From positions 1 through 64,000 of the forward strand of contig UYFQ01000779.1 in assembly GCA_900617105.1 (NCBI GenBank): a DNA stretch of 64,000 nucleotides. Direction: 5' to 3'. Under the pieces are notes generated by a model. That model searched no databases, had not been told where the DNA came from, and worked only from the letters and a program-made list of their open reading frames with translations. The translations under genes were made by a program, and so were the position numbers. Source of the stretch: Hydrurus foetidus. Its lineage: Eukaryota. Positions 49,794-62,637 of this stretch are shown here, in pieces (the stretch's first letter is position 1; every line of letters begins with the position of its first letter).

Positions 49794-51118
49794 ATGAACA
49801 AAAAATTATAATACCATTTGTATTGCCAATGCTTTTGGTATGCTGTATTTTACATCGTGCAAAAGGCAGATATTAAGTTTGGAGAAGAGTTTTTGGATAA
49901 TGATATCACTCAAATTTTAAAACCGATTCTTTTTCTGTTGATCTTTCAACAGTGTATATGGATTCGTTTGTAACATCTGCAAAAGGAACTGTTTTGATTG
50001 GTGCATATACTGATCCTGCTTTTGGTAGAATTTCTACTCAATCTTATTTTGAAATTATTCCACCAGCTTATGAAGATGCTTATGCAAATACAACATTTGA
50101 TTCGCTTTGTCTTATTTTAAAGCCTAATACAAGTTATTATGGTGATAGTAGCACTGCTGTTAATGTCGTTGTTGATGAATTGCAAGATTCTATAAGTTTG
50201 CCTGAAAATGCTTTTAACTTTTATAATACTTCTCGCTTTGCTGTAAAACCCCTTCATTAACAAACACAAATATTAGCATTCGCCCGCAAGCAGATAATGA
50301 GATTAGCATAAAACTACCCGCTGCATTAGGAAATGCTTGGTTAAATAAATTGAAAACCCCAACAGACATTGATTTAAAACAGCAGCTGCCTTTTAAGTTA
50401 TTTCAAAGGAATTAGACTTAGCAGTGATGCTAACACACAAATGGTTGTTGGTTGCAGCGATGCTGTGGTGGTAAGATTGTATTATAAAAGCCAGGATTGA
50501 TAACAGAAGATAAATCTGTTGATTTTACACTCGCAAATAAATATCATCAGTTCAATAATATTGCTATTGCAAGAAGTGGAGTTTTGGCTACTGCTGGCTT
50601 TCCAAATATCAGAGAAATATCAAGCACATTAACAAACGACGCTGCTTATACACAATCCGCCACAGGCAGTATGATTAAACTAAGTTTCCCAACGGTTAAA
50701 GACATTCTTAAAGTGCCAAATTTTGCAAAAGTGTTAAAAGCTGCATTGATTATAAAACCTGTAAAAGGATCTTACAATACAACTAATTTTTACCTCCCAA
50801 TTTAAGATTATCATACACCAATCAAAACAATACCATTGGTAGTGATTTGGCTTATGTAAGTAACAATGGAGCTTTAGCAATACAATATGGTTTGTTGCAA
50901 ACAGATTATTATTTAAACGAAAATACACAATACCAATACGATTTAACAGAGTATGTAAAAGAGGTTTTAAGAACGTCTAATATTACTGCTGGTGAAGGAC
51001 TGTTATTAACTCCTCCCTCTCCTGCTTTTGAAAACCAATTAGCAAGGGTTATTATAGGAAACAAAACAATCCATTAGGGAAAATTCAATTGGTTATTTAC
51101 TATGCTGCTGTTAAATAA
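49794..51118 (+). CDS. DUF4270 family lipoprotein
   Basis: FTSC lipobox, STVYMDSFVTS, LIGAYTDPAFG..STQSYF, FDSLCL, YYGD, YQYDLT. Confidence 0.7.
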
Positions 51119-51126
51119 AAACTACA

Positions 51127-52391
51127 ATGAAGAAATTATATATAGCATTTGTTGCTTGTATTTGTTTAGGAAAACTTTCTGCACAAACACAAGCTCACCC
51201 TATTCGATAATTGGATTGGGTGATATGGAAAGAGTTATTTTGATAGAACATCTGGTTTGGGTTATGGGGTGTTGCTTTTATCAAGTGATAGATATTTATT
51301 ATTATCTAATCCTGCATCACTTTTCTGATGAATCCATCTTACTCAAATCCATTTTATTTTGAAGTTGCTGCAAGATATAAAATGTAAATTATTCCGGTTC
51401 AGCTGTTACAAGTAATACAACAAATCTGAGCAATGATTTGTAATTTAAAAAATAGCTTTTTGCTATTAAACCAAAAGCAAAGTGGGTTTAAGCTTTGGTT
51501 TGTTACCATTTAGTAGTTCAAACTATTCTTTCTCTGGTATCAAAAAGTACAGGGTGGAACTTTTAATGTTGATGCTAGTTATCAAGGCACAGGAAGCACT
51601 AATCTTTTATATCTTTCTAATAGTTTTAATTGCAAAAATTTAAGCATTGGTGTGCAATCTTCTATTTTATTTGGGCAGATTGATGATAAAGAAACAGTTT
51701 ATAGTTCAATTACAGACAGTGTTTTAGCAACTACAAGAAGTTTGTTTTATCAACACCATATTTTAAAGGAGGAATTTTATATAACCTAAAATTTAATAAA
51801 GATTTAAAATTTGCTTTAGGTGCAACTGGGTCTTTAAAACCAATGTAAAATGCAGATTATAAACTAACTGTAATGGATGGAAATACAACGTTAAAAACGG
51901 TTAATGAAAAAGAAATAACTACACAACATTACCAATAATGGGAGCTATTGGTTTGGCAGCAACCTATAAAGATAATTACACATTTGTTGTAGACTATACT
52001 GCACAAAACTGAGTAGTTTAAAATATCAAGGCACCAATTATTCTTTAACAAACAGCAGTAAAATCAGTGCTGGACTTCAATATTCAAACAATGTTTTGGT
52101 GAAGGATATTAAAGGAGGCAAAGCTGGTATGTATGAAAAAATTTTTTCAAATTGGATATTATCAAAGTAATTCGTATTTAAATATCTATGGTCAACCAAT
52201 TAAAGAATGGGGTATTACTTTGGGTGCAGGAACACAATTTGCACGTAGTGGATTAGGCATTCAAGGAACTATTGATATTGGTAGTAGAGGCACTACAAAT
52301 AATGGTTTAATTAAAGAGAATTTACACAAGTAGGTTTAACAATTAGTTACAGAGATTTTGGTTTACCAAGAAGGTTAAAAAGTATAATTAG
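51127..52391 (+). CDS. Outer-membrane beta-barrel protein (FadL/PorV-like)
   Basis: Signal peptide, NTSSPYSIIGLGD, SNPAS, FGLLPFSS.NY, GSRGTTNNGLIKE. Confidence 0.75.
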
Positions 52392-52406
52392 CATTGTCAA
52401 TATATT

Positions 52407-52446
52407 ACAAAAGAGGCTTAGAATTTATTTTCTAAGCCTCTTTTGT
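52407..52446. terminator. Bidirectional terminator
   Basis: ACAAAAGAGGCTTAGAA...TTCTAAGCCTCTTTTGT. Confidence 0.85.
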
Positions 52447-52456
52447 TTTAATTAAT

Positions 52457-53079
52457 TTAAAATCAAAACCTCCAATTCTCTAAAATGACCATTCAGTTTT
52501 ATTTTATCTTTAAATTTTCCACGCCAGTAACAACTTCAATAGTTTTAGCAATATGCCTACGTATATATTCTAGTCTCTGATTTTCGTGCAGCAACTCAAG
52601 CATTTCATATCTTCATTAACAGATAAACCAACGTGATGTGCAATATCGTAGCTGCAAAGTGTTTCATCTGATTTTTAAAATCTTTGTAACGTTTAGTAGC
52701 TTATGTAAGTGTCTAACATCTTTCAAAATTTTACCCATCAATTTAGCGTTTATATGCTCTATATTATTTGGATAATTTACAATTGCACCGCCATAAAACT
52801 TATCTGGCAACTTTAATTATTTCAAGAACAACAAAACTTTAGTTGCTCTTGTTTTAATATCAAGCTTGCCATCATCATATCTTTTCGATATTTCCTCAAC
52901 ATTTATCAATGTGCCAAAATCTCTCAGCTTTCCATCGGTTGCAGATACAATTCCAAAAGATTTTTTGTTCAACACAATCATTAATTAACTGTTTATACCT
53001 GGCTTCAAAATGTGCATATTCAATTTTTCACCAGGAAAACAACAATATTTAATGGAAAGATGGGAATGAAATTGGTCAT
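52457..53079 (-). CDS. LON peptidase substrate-binding domain protein
   Basis: MTNFIPIFPL..V.FPGE.L..HIFE.RYKQLINDC, DGKLDIKT, DIAHHVGLS, KIKLNGHF. Confidence 0.85.
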
Positions 53080-53206
53080 AACTACAAATTTAATAAAGAG
53101 TATTAGCAACCAAATTCATTGTAAAAAATGCTGTTCTATCCTTTAAATAGTAATCACAAAACCCGCAATAACTTTCAACAATTACATTTGCAGCAATTAT
53201 AAACAA

Positions 53207-55294
53207 ATGAATCAACCTAAACGATACTTAATTACAAGTGCTTTACCTTATGCCAATGGATTAAAACATATTGACATTTGGCAGGTGCATATATTCCTGC
53301 TGATATTTATACACGATATTTAAAAGCACAAAACGTGATGTGGTTTTGTGTGTGGAAGTGACGAACACGGCACAGCTATTCCTATTCGTGCAATGAAAGA
53401 GGGCACAACAGCACAATCCATCATTGATAAATATCATCCAATTATTGAACAAAATTTCAAAGATTTAGAATTGAGTTTGATATTTATCATAGAACTTCTT
53501 CGCCATTGCATCACGAAACTGCACAAGAATTTTTACTGTATTAAACGATAAAGGTGACTTAGAGATTAAAGAAACTGAACAATATTTTGATGAAGCTACC
53601 AACACTTTTGGCAGATAGATTTATAAAGGAACTTGTCCAAATTGTGGTTATGATAGTGCTTTTGGCGATCAGTGTGAAAAATGTGGCAAGAGTTTAAGCC
53701 TCAAGAGTTAATAAATCCTGTATCAACTTTAAGTAATGCACCTATTAAAAGCAACAAAACATTGGTATTTGCCGCTCAATAAACACGAAGATTTTTACGT
53801 GAATGGGTGTTGAAAGAACATAAAGATGATTGGCGTGCCAATGTTGTTGGTCAAGTAAAAAGCTGATTGATGGTGGGTTGCAACCACGTGCTGTTACAAG
53901 AGATTTGGATTGGGGCGTAAAGGTTCCTACTAAAGATGCAGATGGAAAAGTACTTTACGTTTGGTTTGATGCACCAATTGGGTATATTTCTGCAACCAAA
54001 CAATGGGCTTTAAATAACGGCAAAGATTGGAAGCCTTATTGGTATAATGATGATACAAAATTGGTTCATTTTATAGGAAAAGATAATATTGTTTTTCACG
54101 CAATAATTTTTCCAGTGATGTTGAAACTGCACGGAAATATTTGCCTACAAACGTTGCTAGCAACGAGTTTATGAACTTAGAAGGGGATAAAATGAGTACT
54201 AGTCGTGGTTGGAGCATTGAAATGGATGACTACATAAACGACTGGATAAAACCAGAAAATGGTGGTGGATGGCGGATGCTTTGCGTTATTATTTAACTGC
54301 TATTGCACCAGAAACAAAAAGATAGCGAGTTCACTTGGAAAGGATTTCATCAATCATATAAAAGTGAACTAAGTGATATTTTAGGAAATTTGTGAACAGA
54401 ACTTTTGTGTTAATGCACAAATTATGTAATGGAAAAATTCCTGTTTTTATAACGATATTATTGATGATGAAGACAAACTTTAATAGCAGAAATTCAAAAA
54501 TTCAAAACTAAAATTGAAAACAATCTTGAAGATTGCAAAGTTTAGAGATGCTTTGTTTGAAGTGATAGATTTAGCAAGAAAAGGCAATCAATATTTGCAA
54601 AAAAGAACCTTGGAAACGCAAAGCTGTTGATGGAAAATATTCAATAGAAGACCAGCACCACATAGATAATTGTATTCATCTTTGTTTACAATTAACAGCA
54701 AACCTAGCTATCCTTATCAATCCTTTTGCCATTTACAGCAAAGCGATTAATATATATGATGAAGGTTGTTGATAAAATGCTAGAATGGTCAAATGCTGGC
54801 AGTGTAACACTTTTAAAGGTTGGTTATAGTTTACGTCCACCAGAAATTTTGTTTAGAAAAATTGAGGATAGTGAAATAGAAGTACAATTAGAAAAGTTAA
54901 AAATTAAAAGTCAAAAGTCAAAAGAAAATAAAGTGGAAGAAACAAAAGAAATCATCAATCAGCCAATTGTCAAATCAACAATCGAGTTTGATGACTTTGC
55001 AAAAATTGATTTGAAAATAGGAACCATTATTTCAGCAGAAAAGTAGAAAAAGCCGATAAACTATTAAAACTTGAAGTTGATTTTGGTTTTAAAAAGAACA
55101 ATCGTTTCTGGTATTGCACTTCATTTTAAACTGAAGAGATTATTGGCAAACAAGTAACAGTTGTATGCAATCTTGCTCCAAGAAAAATGAGAGGATAGAA
55201 AGCAATGGAATGATTTTAATGGCAGAAGACAATGCAGGTAAATTACACTTTGTAAATCGATAGTAAAATTGACGAAGGAAGTAACGTTAGTTAA
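53207..55294 (+). CDS. metG: Methionine--tRNA ligase
   Basis: [52 protein letters not shown]-terminal tRNA-binding domain. Confidence 0.97.
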
Positions 55295-55423
55295 GGGCTT
55301 AATTCGCTCCTTAAACAAGCAAAACCTTTTAAGTCAACTTTTTGATAAAATCTTTATAAAAATAATAAAACCTTTGTGTATTTGTTAAAACTATATTTTG
55401 CCTCGTAACTAAAACGTTTTAAA

Positions 55424-55659
55424 ATGTCAGACATCGCTACAAGAGTGAAAAAATCATCGTAGACAAGTTAGGTGTAGATGAAGGAGAAGTAACAACAGAA
55501 GCTTCATTCACTAACGACCTAGGTGCAGATTCTTTGGATACTGTTGAATTAATTATGGAATTCGAGAAAGAATTCAACATCTCTATCCACGATGAGCAAG
55601 CTGAAACCATCACTACTGTTGGTCAAGCCGTTGCTTATTTAGAAGAACATGCCAAATAA
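55424..55659 (+). CDS. acpP: Acyl carrier protein
   Basis: [25 protein letters not shown]. Confidence 0.97.
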
Positions 55660-55684
55660 GAAACACTCTTAACTGGAATAATTT

Positions 55685-55728
55685 TAATCCGCCATACTTT
55701 CGGCAATTGCCATAAGTTTGGCGGATTA
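55685..55728 (+). promoter_or_regulatory. Long stem-loop between acpP and fabF
   Basis: TAATCCGCCA.ACTT..GGCA/TGCC..AAGT.TGGCGGATTA; no U-tract. Confidence 0.55.
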
Positions 55729-55831
55729 TATTAAATCAAACTTTTGTGGAACGGCGTCCTAATATTCTAGCGAACAATAGTTCCGTTTCATACTCAATAA
55801 AATAAACAATACTCAACAATAAAGCTGCCTT

Positions 55832-57068
55832 ATGCAATTAAAAAGAGTAGTAGTTACAGGAATTGGTGCTTTAACACCTATTGGAAATAATTTAGAAGAT
55901 TACTGGAATAATTTGGTAAATGGTGTTTCGGGTGCTGCACCTATTACCAATTTTGATGCATCAAAATTTAAAACAAGATTTGCTTGTGAAGTAAAAACTT
56001 CGACCCGCATATCTCGATAGAAAAGAAGCTCGTAAGCTTGACCGATTTGCTCAATTTGCAGTTGCTGTTAGCGATCAAGCAATGACAGATGCTGGTTTAA
56101 ATAAAGACAATATTAATCCAGATAGAGTTGGTGTTGTTTTCGCAAGTGGAATAGGCGGTTTAACAACATTTCAACACGAGGTTGCAGACTTCACAAGAGG
56201 CGATGGAACACCACGTTTCAATCCTTTTTCATTCCTAAAATGATATTGGATATTGCTGCAGGGCACATTAGTATGAGACACAATTTGCGAGGCCCAAACT
56301 TTGCAGTAGTTAGTGCTTGTGCAAGTAGTACAAATGCTGTTGGTGTTGCATTTGATACAATTCGTCTAGGAAAATCGGATATTATTTTAGCAGGTGGAAG
56401 TGAGGCTGTTATCAGCGAAGCTGGAGTTGCTGGTTTTAATGCAATGAAAGCGATGAGTGAAAGAAATGATGAGCCAACAACAGCCAGCAGACCTTATGAT
56501 AAAGATAGAGATGGTTTTGTAATGGGAGAAGCAGCTGGGCTTTTAGTTTTAGAAGAATTAGAACACGCTAAAGCTCGTGGAGCGAAAATTTATTGCGAAA
56601 TAATGGGCTGTGGTGCAACTGCTGATGCTCACCATCTTACAGCCCCACATCTGAAGGATTGGGTGCAAAAATGTAATGATTGCTGCATTAGAAGAGGCAG
56701 GAATGAAGCCAGAAGAAATTGATTATATCAATACTCACGGAACATCTACGCCAATTGGCGATGGTGCAGAAGTGAAAGCAATTACAAAAGTTTTGGCGAA
56801 CGCATATAATTTAAATATTAGTTCTACAAAAGTATGACTGGGCATTGTCTTGGTGCAGCTGGCGTTATTGAAGCAATTGCTTGCATAAGCAGTAATGCAC
56901 GATGTTATTCCTCCCACAATTAATCATTTTACCGATGATCACGAGTTGGATCTAAATTAAATTTTACTTTTAATAAAGCTCAACACAGAACTGTAAATGC
57001 AGCATTAAGCAATACATTTGGTTTTGGTGGTCACAATGCTTGTGTTATTGTAAAAATATAAAGACTAG
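55832..57068 (+). CDS. fabF: Beta-ketoacyl-ACP synthase II
   Basis: [49 protein letters not shown]. Confidence 0.96.
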
Positions 57069-57078
57069 AAATTAATTA

Positions 57079-57778
57079 TTGAGTTTGCGAATATTATCAA
57101 ACTTATTCAAATCATCTGCAACAACTTCTTTTAAAAGCAAGTAGAAAATATTATTGCCATTAGGATTGGCAATGTCAATTTATACAAAATCGCATAGCCA
57201 TCGTAGTGTTAAAGAAAGTCACGATGCAAATAATGAGCGACTTGAATATCTTGGAGATGCTATATTAAGTGCTATTGTAGCAGATTATCTTTCAAGCGTT
57301 ACCCATATAAAGGTGAAGGTTTTTAACAGAGATGAGAAGCAAAATGGTGAATCGTCAACAATTAAACGATATTGCTGTTAAAATGGGATTTAGACAGTTA
57401 ATGCTTTACAATAAATTAGATGCTACGCTTCGTAATAGTCAAATTTTGGTAATACATTAGAGCAATTATCGGTGCAGTATATTTAGATAAAGAGATATAC
57501 CAAAACCCAGCAATGGGTGCAAAACCAAATTGTAATGCCACATATGTTTGTTGATTCTTTAGAAGGAATTGATATTAATTTAAAAATAAGCTTATTGGCT
57601 GGGCAAATAAAAATGGTAAAACACTAACCTTTGATTTGGTAGAGGAAAAATTTGAAGGAAGTAGAAGATTACAATAAATATAGTTGTTGCAGGAAGTTAT
57701 TTCTGAAGGAAAAGCGTTTAGTAAAAAGATGCAAGCCTTGTTGCCACTCAATTAGCAATTGAAAAACTTAGTTTATAA
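57079..57778 (+). CDS. rnc: Ribonuclease III
   Basis: HRS, NNERLEYLGDAIL, EGFLT.MRSK.VNR, IGAVYLD, C-terminal dsRBD. Confidence 0.92.
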
Positions 57779-57802
57779 AACGATTTTTATAAATAAGAAG
57801 TA

Positions 57803-57844
57803 TTAAAAAGGAGCAATATTTTAAAATATTGCTCCTTTTTTAAT
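57803..57844. terminator. Bidirectional terminator between rnc and malQ
   Basis: TTAAAAAGGAGCAATATTTT-AAAATATTGCTCCTTTTTAA. Confidence 0.85.
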
Positions 57845-57851
57845 ATTGAAT

Positions 57852-60800
57852 TTACCTCCCACTCATTACCACACTTTCTTTCAACATTGTATTAAAATCA
57901 TTGGCATTCATCAAGTCTTCCAAACTCATATTCATTCTATATTGCCAATAATGTTTAGGGTTTGATGGCACATTTATTCTTTCATCATTAGGATTTTCTC
58001 TTCTTAAGTTTTCATCCATTCCAAGCAAATCTTGCAACTGAAATATTGCCCACATTGCAGGACTGTAAAGGTGTTGGGTAACTATTGCTTTATTAATCCA
58101 AGCTTCACAAAAGAAAGGAGCGTCGCCCCATTGACCTAAATCGTTGTTATAAAATTTTGAGTTTTGGCTCTGTCTTCTTCCCACCAACCACGAATAATAC
58201 TCATATCGTGTGTACTCGGTGTTACAACGCTCAAATAAGTGCATCGTTTGGATGAAAAAATTCTCGCGTATTATCTTTTGGCATACGTTGAATTTCCAAA
58301 CTTAATAAACCTAATTGCTTCATTACATCTGGCACACAAGCTGGTACCAAACTAAATCTTCGCCACAAATAAGCATATTGGTTACTCGGCGTAATGCAGG
58401 TAATTTTGCATTGCTTTTTTGCCAAAAATCATCTTGTCTTCTAAAGAAATAATCAATATATAATTCCTTTAATTGATGTTGAGAATTGTAATCTAAATTT
58501 TGAAAAGATGCTGTTTGTTCCATTCCAAAACGGAAATGAAATTGTTGTCCATTGGTTTCTTCAACTTCAAATAAAATAACATTGCTGATTAAATTATATA
58601 AACCAAGTTTAAGTTTTTCGTGCAAATCATTTTGCTCTAAAGTTGCAAAATGTTTTCCACTTCACGCTGTGTGGTAAAGCCTTTGCGAAGATTGTAATTG
58701 CCCGAACCATCTGCTTCAACAAACACTTCTTTTACATAATCACTGTCATATCCAAATTGTTCCCAAAGAATATGTTCGGTAATAAATGGTTTTGTAAAAC
58801 GATGGTGATTGAAGTTGATGCCACGTCAAAAGATTTCATTTATATGAACGGGAATTGCAGGAACAAAATGACCCAAAATGCCTTCAACTCGTGCATTGGA
58901 ATACTCCAAATTCTAAAAAACCCCAGAATATGATCTATTCTAAAAGCATCGAAATAGTAACTCATTTGCTCGAATCGTTGACGCCACCAAGCAAAATCAT
59001 CTTGTTGCATTTGCTGCCAATTGTAAGTTGGAAATCCCAATTTTGACCCTTAACTGCAAAGTCATCTGGAGGAGCACCAGCTTGCAAATTCATATTAAAT
59101 AAATCACTATGTTGCCAGGCATCTGCACCATATCTAAAATACCAATAGCAATATCTCCTTTACCACAATTCCTTTAGAATGTGCGTAAGAAGTAACTTCT
59201 AACAATTGGGTGTGTAAATGAAATTGTATAAAATAATGGAAAGAAATATCGTTATATGCAGCAGATTTCTCATTGGTTAATTCTGCAATATCTTTTCGTT
59301 GTAATGACGATAAGCAGGCCATTCGTTATAGTTGGCAGTTTATATTCATCTCTTAAATAACAAAATACAGAATATGAAACTAACCAATGTTTATTGTTGT
59401 TGAAGAAAGTTTTATAGTCTTCACTTGCAAATGTTTTTTGCTTTGCAGTGGAAATATTTTTTAAGGAAAGAGATTTTTGTTTTCAATACTTCTTCATAAT
59501 CAACAGCATCTTTTGCATTCAGTGCAGCTTGTTTTTCATCAATCTTTTAATAAATATTCATTAACAGTATCAGTTGCTTTTTCTAAATTTATATAGATGG
59601 GATTTAGTGCAAATGCACTAATTGCTGCATAAGGATAACTATCTTGCCAAGTGTTGGTTGCAGTGGTGTCATTAATTGGAAGTATTTGGATTAACTTCAA
59701 CCCAACTTGATGACTCCAATCCACCAAAGCTTTAATATCATTAAATTCTCCAACACAAAACTATTCTCTGTTTTTAAACTAAACACAGGAATGGCAACTC
59801 CAGCTCCTTTCCAAGTTGATGAAGGAAGGTTAGCAAAAGCATCGTTTACAATAGTTTGTTTGTTGGGTTTATGGCATCATAAACAACACGGTTGTTACCA
59901 TCTTCAAATCTTACAAATTCTTTTTAATGGTATCGTAAACACCATATTTATATGCAATAGGAAAATCTTCTTTGCTTAAATCAGCATAAGCTTTGTATTG
60001 CTCTTCATTGGCTGAACGATTCATTAATATTGGGTTTACAGTGTCCCAACTATTTAATTTTTTATTACTGCCAACAATGCAAAGCGTTTGCCCTTTTGAA
60101 AGTAAAGGTGTTTTTGTTTGAAAAATATGGGTGTATTTTTTGGAACAGATGCAGCAATTGCTGTTGCATTTTCTTTCAATAAAACGTTTGAGAAGGCACA
60201 GTATAAAAGCATTTTCGGCATAACCAGTATAATTCCATCCATCAAGAACTAGTAGCTCTTCGCTCTTAATTTTAGATAAGTTGAATTGTTTTATCATTAC
60301 CACAATCATTATTGAATAGTACCATCTAAAGATTTTTAAAAGTAGTTTGGCGATTGCTTCATCTTTTAATTCAAAACCGGTTAAATCAAGATTTGCATGC
60401 AAAACTCATCATTGAAATATTGCATTGGCAATGCTTTAGCGATATTACCATTACCTAATAAATCGTGATTACCCGTTATAAAAGAGACTGCCCATAAGTA
60501 GTTGAAAACTTGAGCTGAAAAGTAATTGTTTGAAGTTTGAGGTTTGGCGTTTGAGCTTTACAACTGCTTCTTGTTTCTTGTTAATTGCTTCAATGCTTTT
60601 GGGTTTTGCTTTTCAGTTTTAACTTTTGTGATAGCTTTTTAGCTTCAATAGCAATAGGTTCAACTTTAGTTTCTTTATTAGAAACAATCTTTTTGCTTTA
60701 GGCTTTACTTTCTTTGTTTCAACATCGTCAATAATCACCTTTTTTCAGCAATTTTTTTGGGACTCTTTTTTTTTCTCGATTTTAGTGGTAGCGACTTCGG

Positions 60801-60856
60801 GTTTCAGCTTTTACACTTTTGACTTTTTGGCAGCAGTTATTTCTAAATTCAGACAT
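57852..60856 (-). CDS. malQ: 4-alpha-glucanotransferase (GH77, DPE2-like, two CBM20) with Lys-rich N-terminal extension
   Basis: GAGVAIPVFSL, IQILPINDT, SYPYAAISAFALNP, GAPPDDF, WGFPTY, FRIDHILGFFRIW, ICGEDL, STHD, ERINVP. Confidence 0.93.
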
Positions 60857-61047
60857 ATCGTTTTGGTATTACTTTAAAATACTATCACCAAAGTAATGAA
60901 TAGATGTGTAAAATGCACACGTTGTAGAACTTTTTTAGAATCACACAAAAGCTTTTTTACTAATAAGTTAATTTGTACAATAATAATTTAACATTTTCGT
61001 TCATTAAGATTGTGGTATGTCAAACACTAAATGGCTACCTTTACTCT

Positions 61048-62257
61048 ATGAATTTATTCAAGAAAATACTTTTCTATTGTCAGTTTGTTTTTGGCGAATT
61101 GTACTAAGTACGTCGAAAAAACAAGTAGTACTACAAATCCCACAGGAACTGTTAGCACAAACCCTGGTTCAAGTGGAACAAGTGGCAGTGGACCTATCAT
61201 AATTACTTACACTAGCACAAGCCCGTGTGCTCCAAGCAACAAGGTATTTACTTTTATTGTGCAGGAACTGGTTGTACCAGCAGGAGCAATTTTGAATGGT
61301 ATTTTGGTGATGGTGGTTCTGGGTCAGGAGCTACAACAACTTCGTACTTATCGGGATGGAGGATATAAAAAGTTTTAGTAAAGTGAAAACTAGTAGCCAG
61401 CAAGATATTGGCGAGTTATCATTAATGTAAGCTTATGGACAGTTGGTTACGCCTATTGCATCTTTCATATCAATTAAAATCAGGTTGGAACACAAGCAAC
61501 TTATGAGTTTCAGAGCAATAGCTCGATTGCAAATAGCTCGTTAAGTTATAAATGGGATTTTGGTGATGGGGGTACAAATACAGATAATAAAACAACACAC
61601 ACTTATCAACAAAAACAACAGACCAAACTTTTACAGTGAAACTTACAGCATTTAGTGATGCTGGTTGTGGCGATACTAAATCTATTGATATAGTTGTTCC
61701 TGCTGCTTATAATATTACTGGGGGATTTACTGTATCACAAACCAGCCCTTGCTTACCAAGCAAAGAAATTTTTACATTTACAGGACCCACCACCAATGTT
61801 CCAAGTGGAGCTATTTATAAATGGGATTTTGGCGATGGTGTTGCAGGTTCTATTTTGGGAAATCCTGTTACTAAATCTTATGCTTATAATAATTCTTACT
61901 CTGTAACTTTAGTTATTACTATAACGGTGCAGAAATTTATCACGTTATACAACCGATTAAAAGTTATGGATTAGATGCAACTCCTTTGGCTTCTTTTTCT
62001 GTGCAAAACATTAGCAATACTGCAACAACAGCAACATATAATTTCAATAACTCATCACAAGTAGCTGGTGGATTTTCAAACACACATTGGGATTGGGATT
62101 TTAATGATGGCAACACAAAAAGTGGGGCTTTACCTAATGTTGACAATACTTTTAGCAGAGGAACCACAGATAAAACATATACAGTAAAAATGACTGTTAC
62201 GGCTAACTCTGGTTGTTCTGCAACTGCAGCGAATACTGTTACTATTCAAAACAATAA
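61048..62257 (+). CDS. PKD-domain lipoprotein (4 PKD-like domains)
   Basis: FLANC lipobox, S/T/G linker, WYFGDG, WDFGDG x2, WDFNDG, VKLT...GC. Confidence 0.8.
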
Positions 62258-62260
62258 CCA

Positions 62261-62531
62261 ATGGATTTTGCAACTTTTAATTGGGCAGATTATATGGGTT
62301 TATTTGGTGCTTTTTTAAGTGCTATTACCTTTATTCCACAGTATTGCAGGCCTACAAAACTAAAAGCGTTAAAGACCTTAATTTATCAATGCTATTGATT
62401 GTTTTTACAAGCGTTATTATTTCAGTTGTTTATGGTTTGCCAAAGGATTATTGCCAGTAATTATTGCCAATAGCATTATCTTAATTTTAAGTGCTATTTT
62501 GCTTTATTTCAAGGCAACCTTTAAAAACTAG
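62261..62531 (+). CDS. SemiSWEET / PQ-loop transporter
   Basis: GAFLSAITFIPQ, KTKSVKDLNLSM, VYG....LLPVIIAN. Confidence 0.8.
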
Positions 62532-62637
62532 TGTTTGTAAAGATATTTTTTAACACTTTGCCAATATCTGCTAACTATACATATTTTCGTTTTAGTTAAC
62601 ACATCTCAACATCAGTACATCTAACATCATAATTTTT

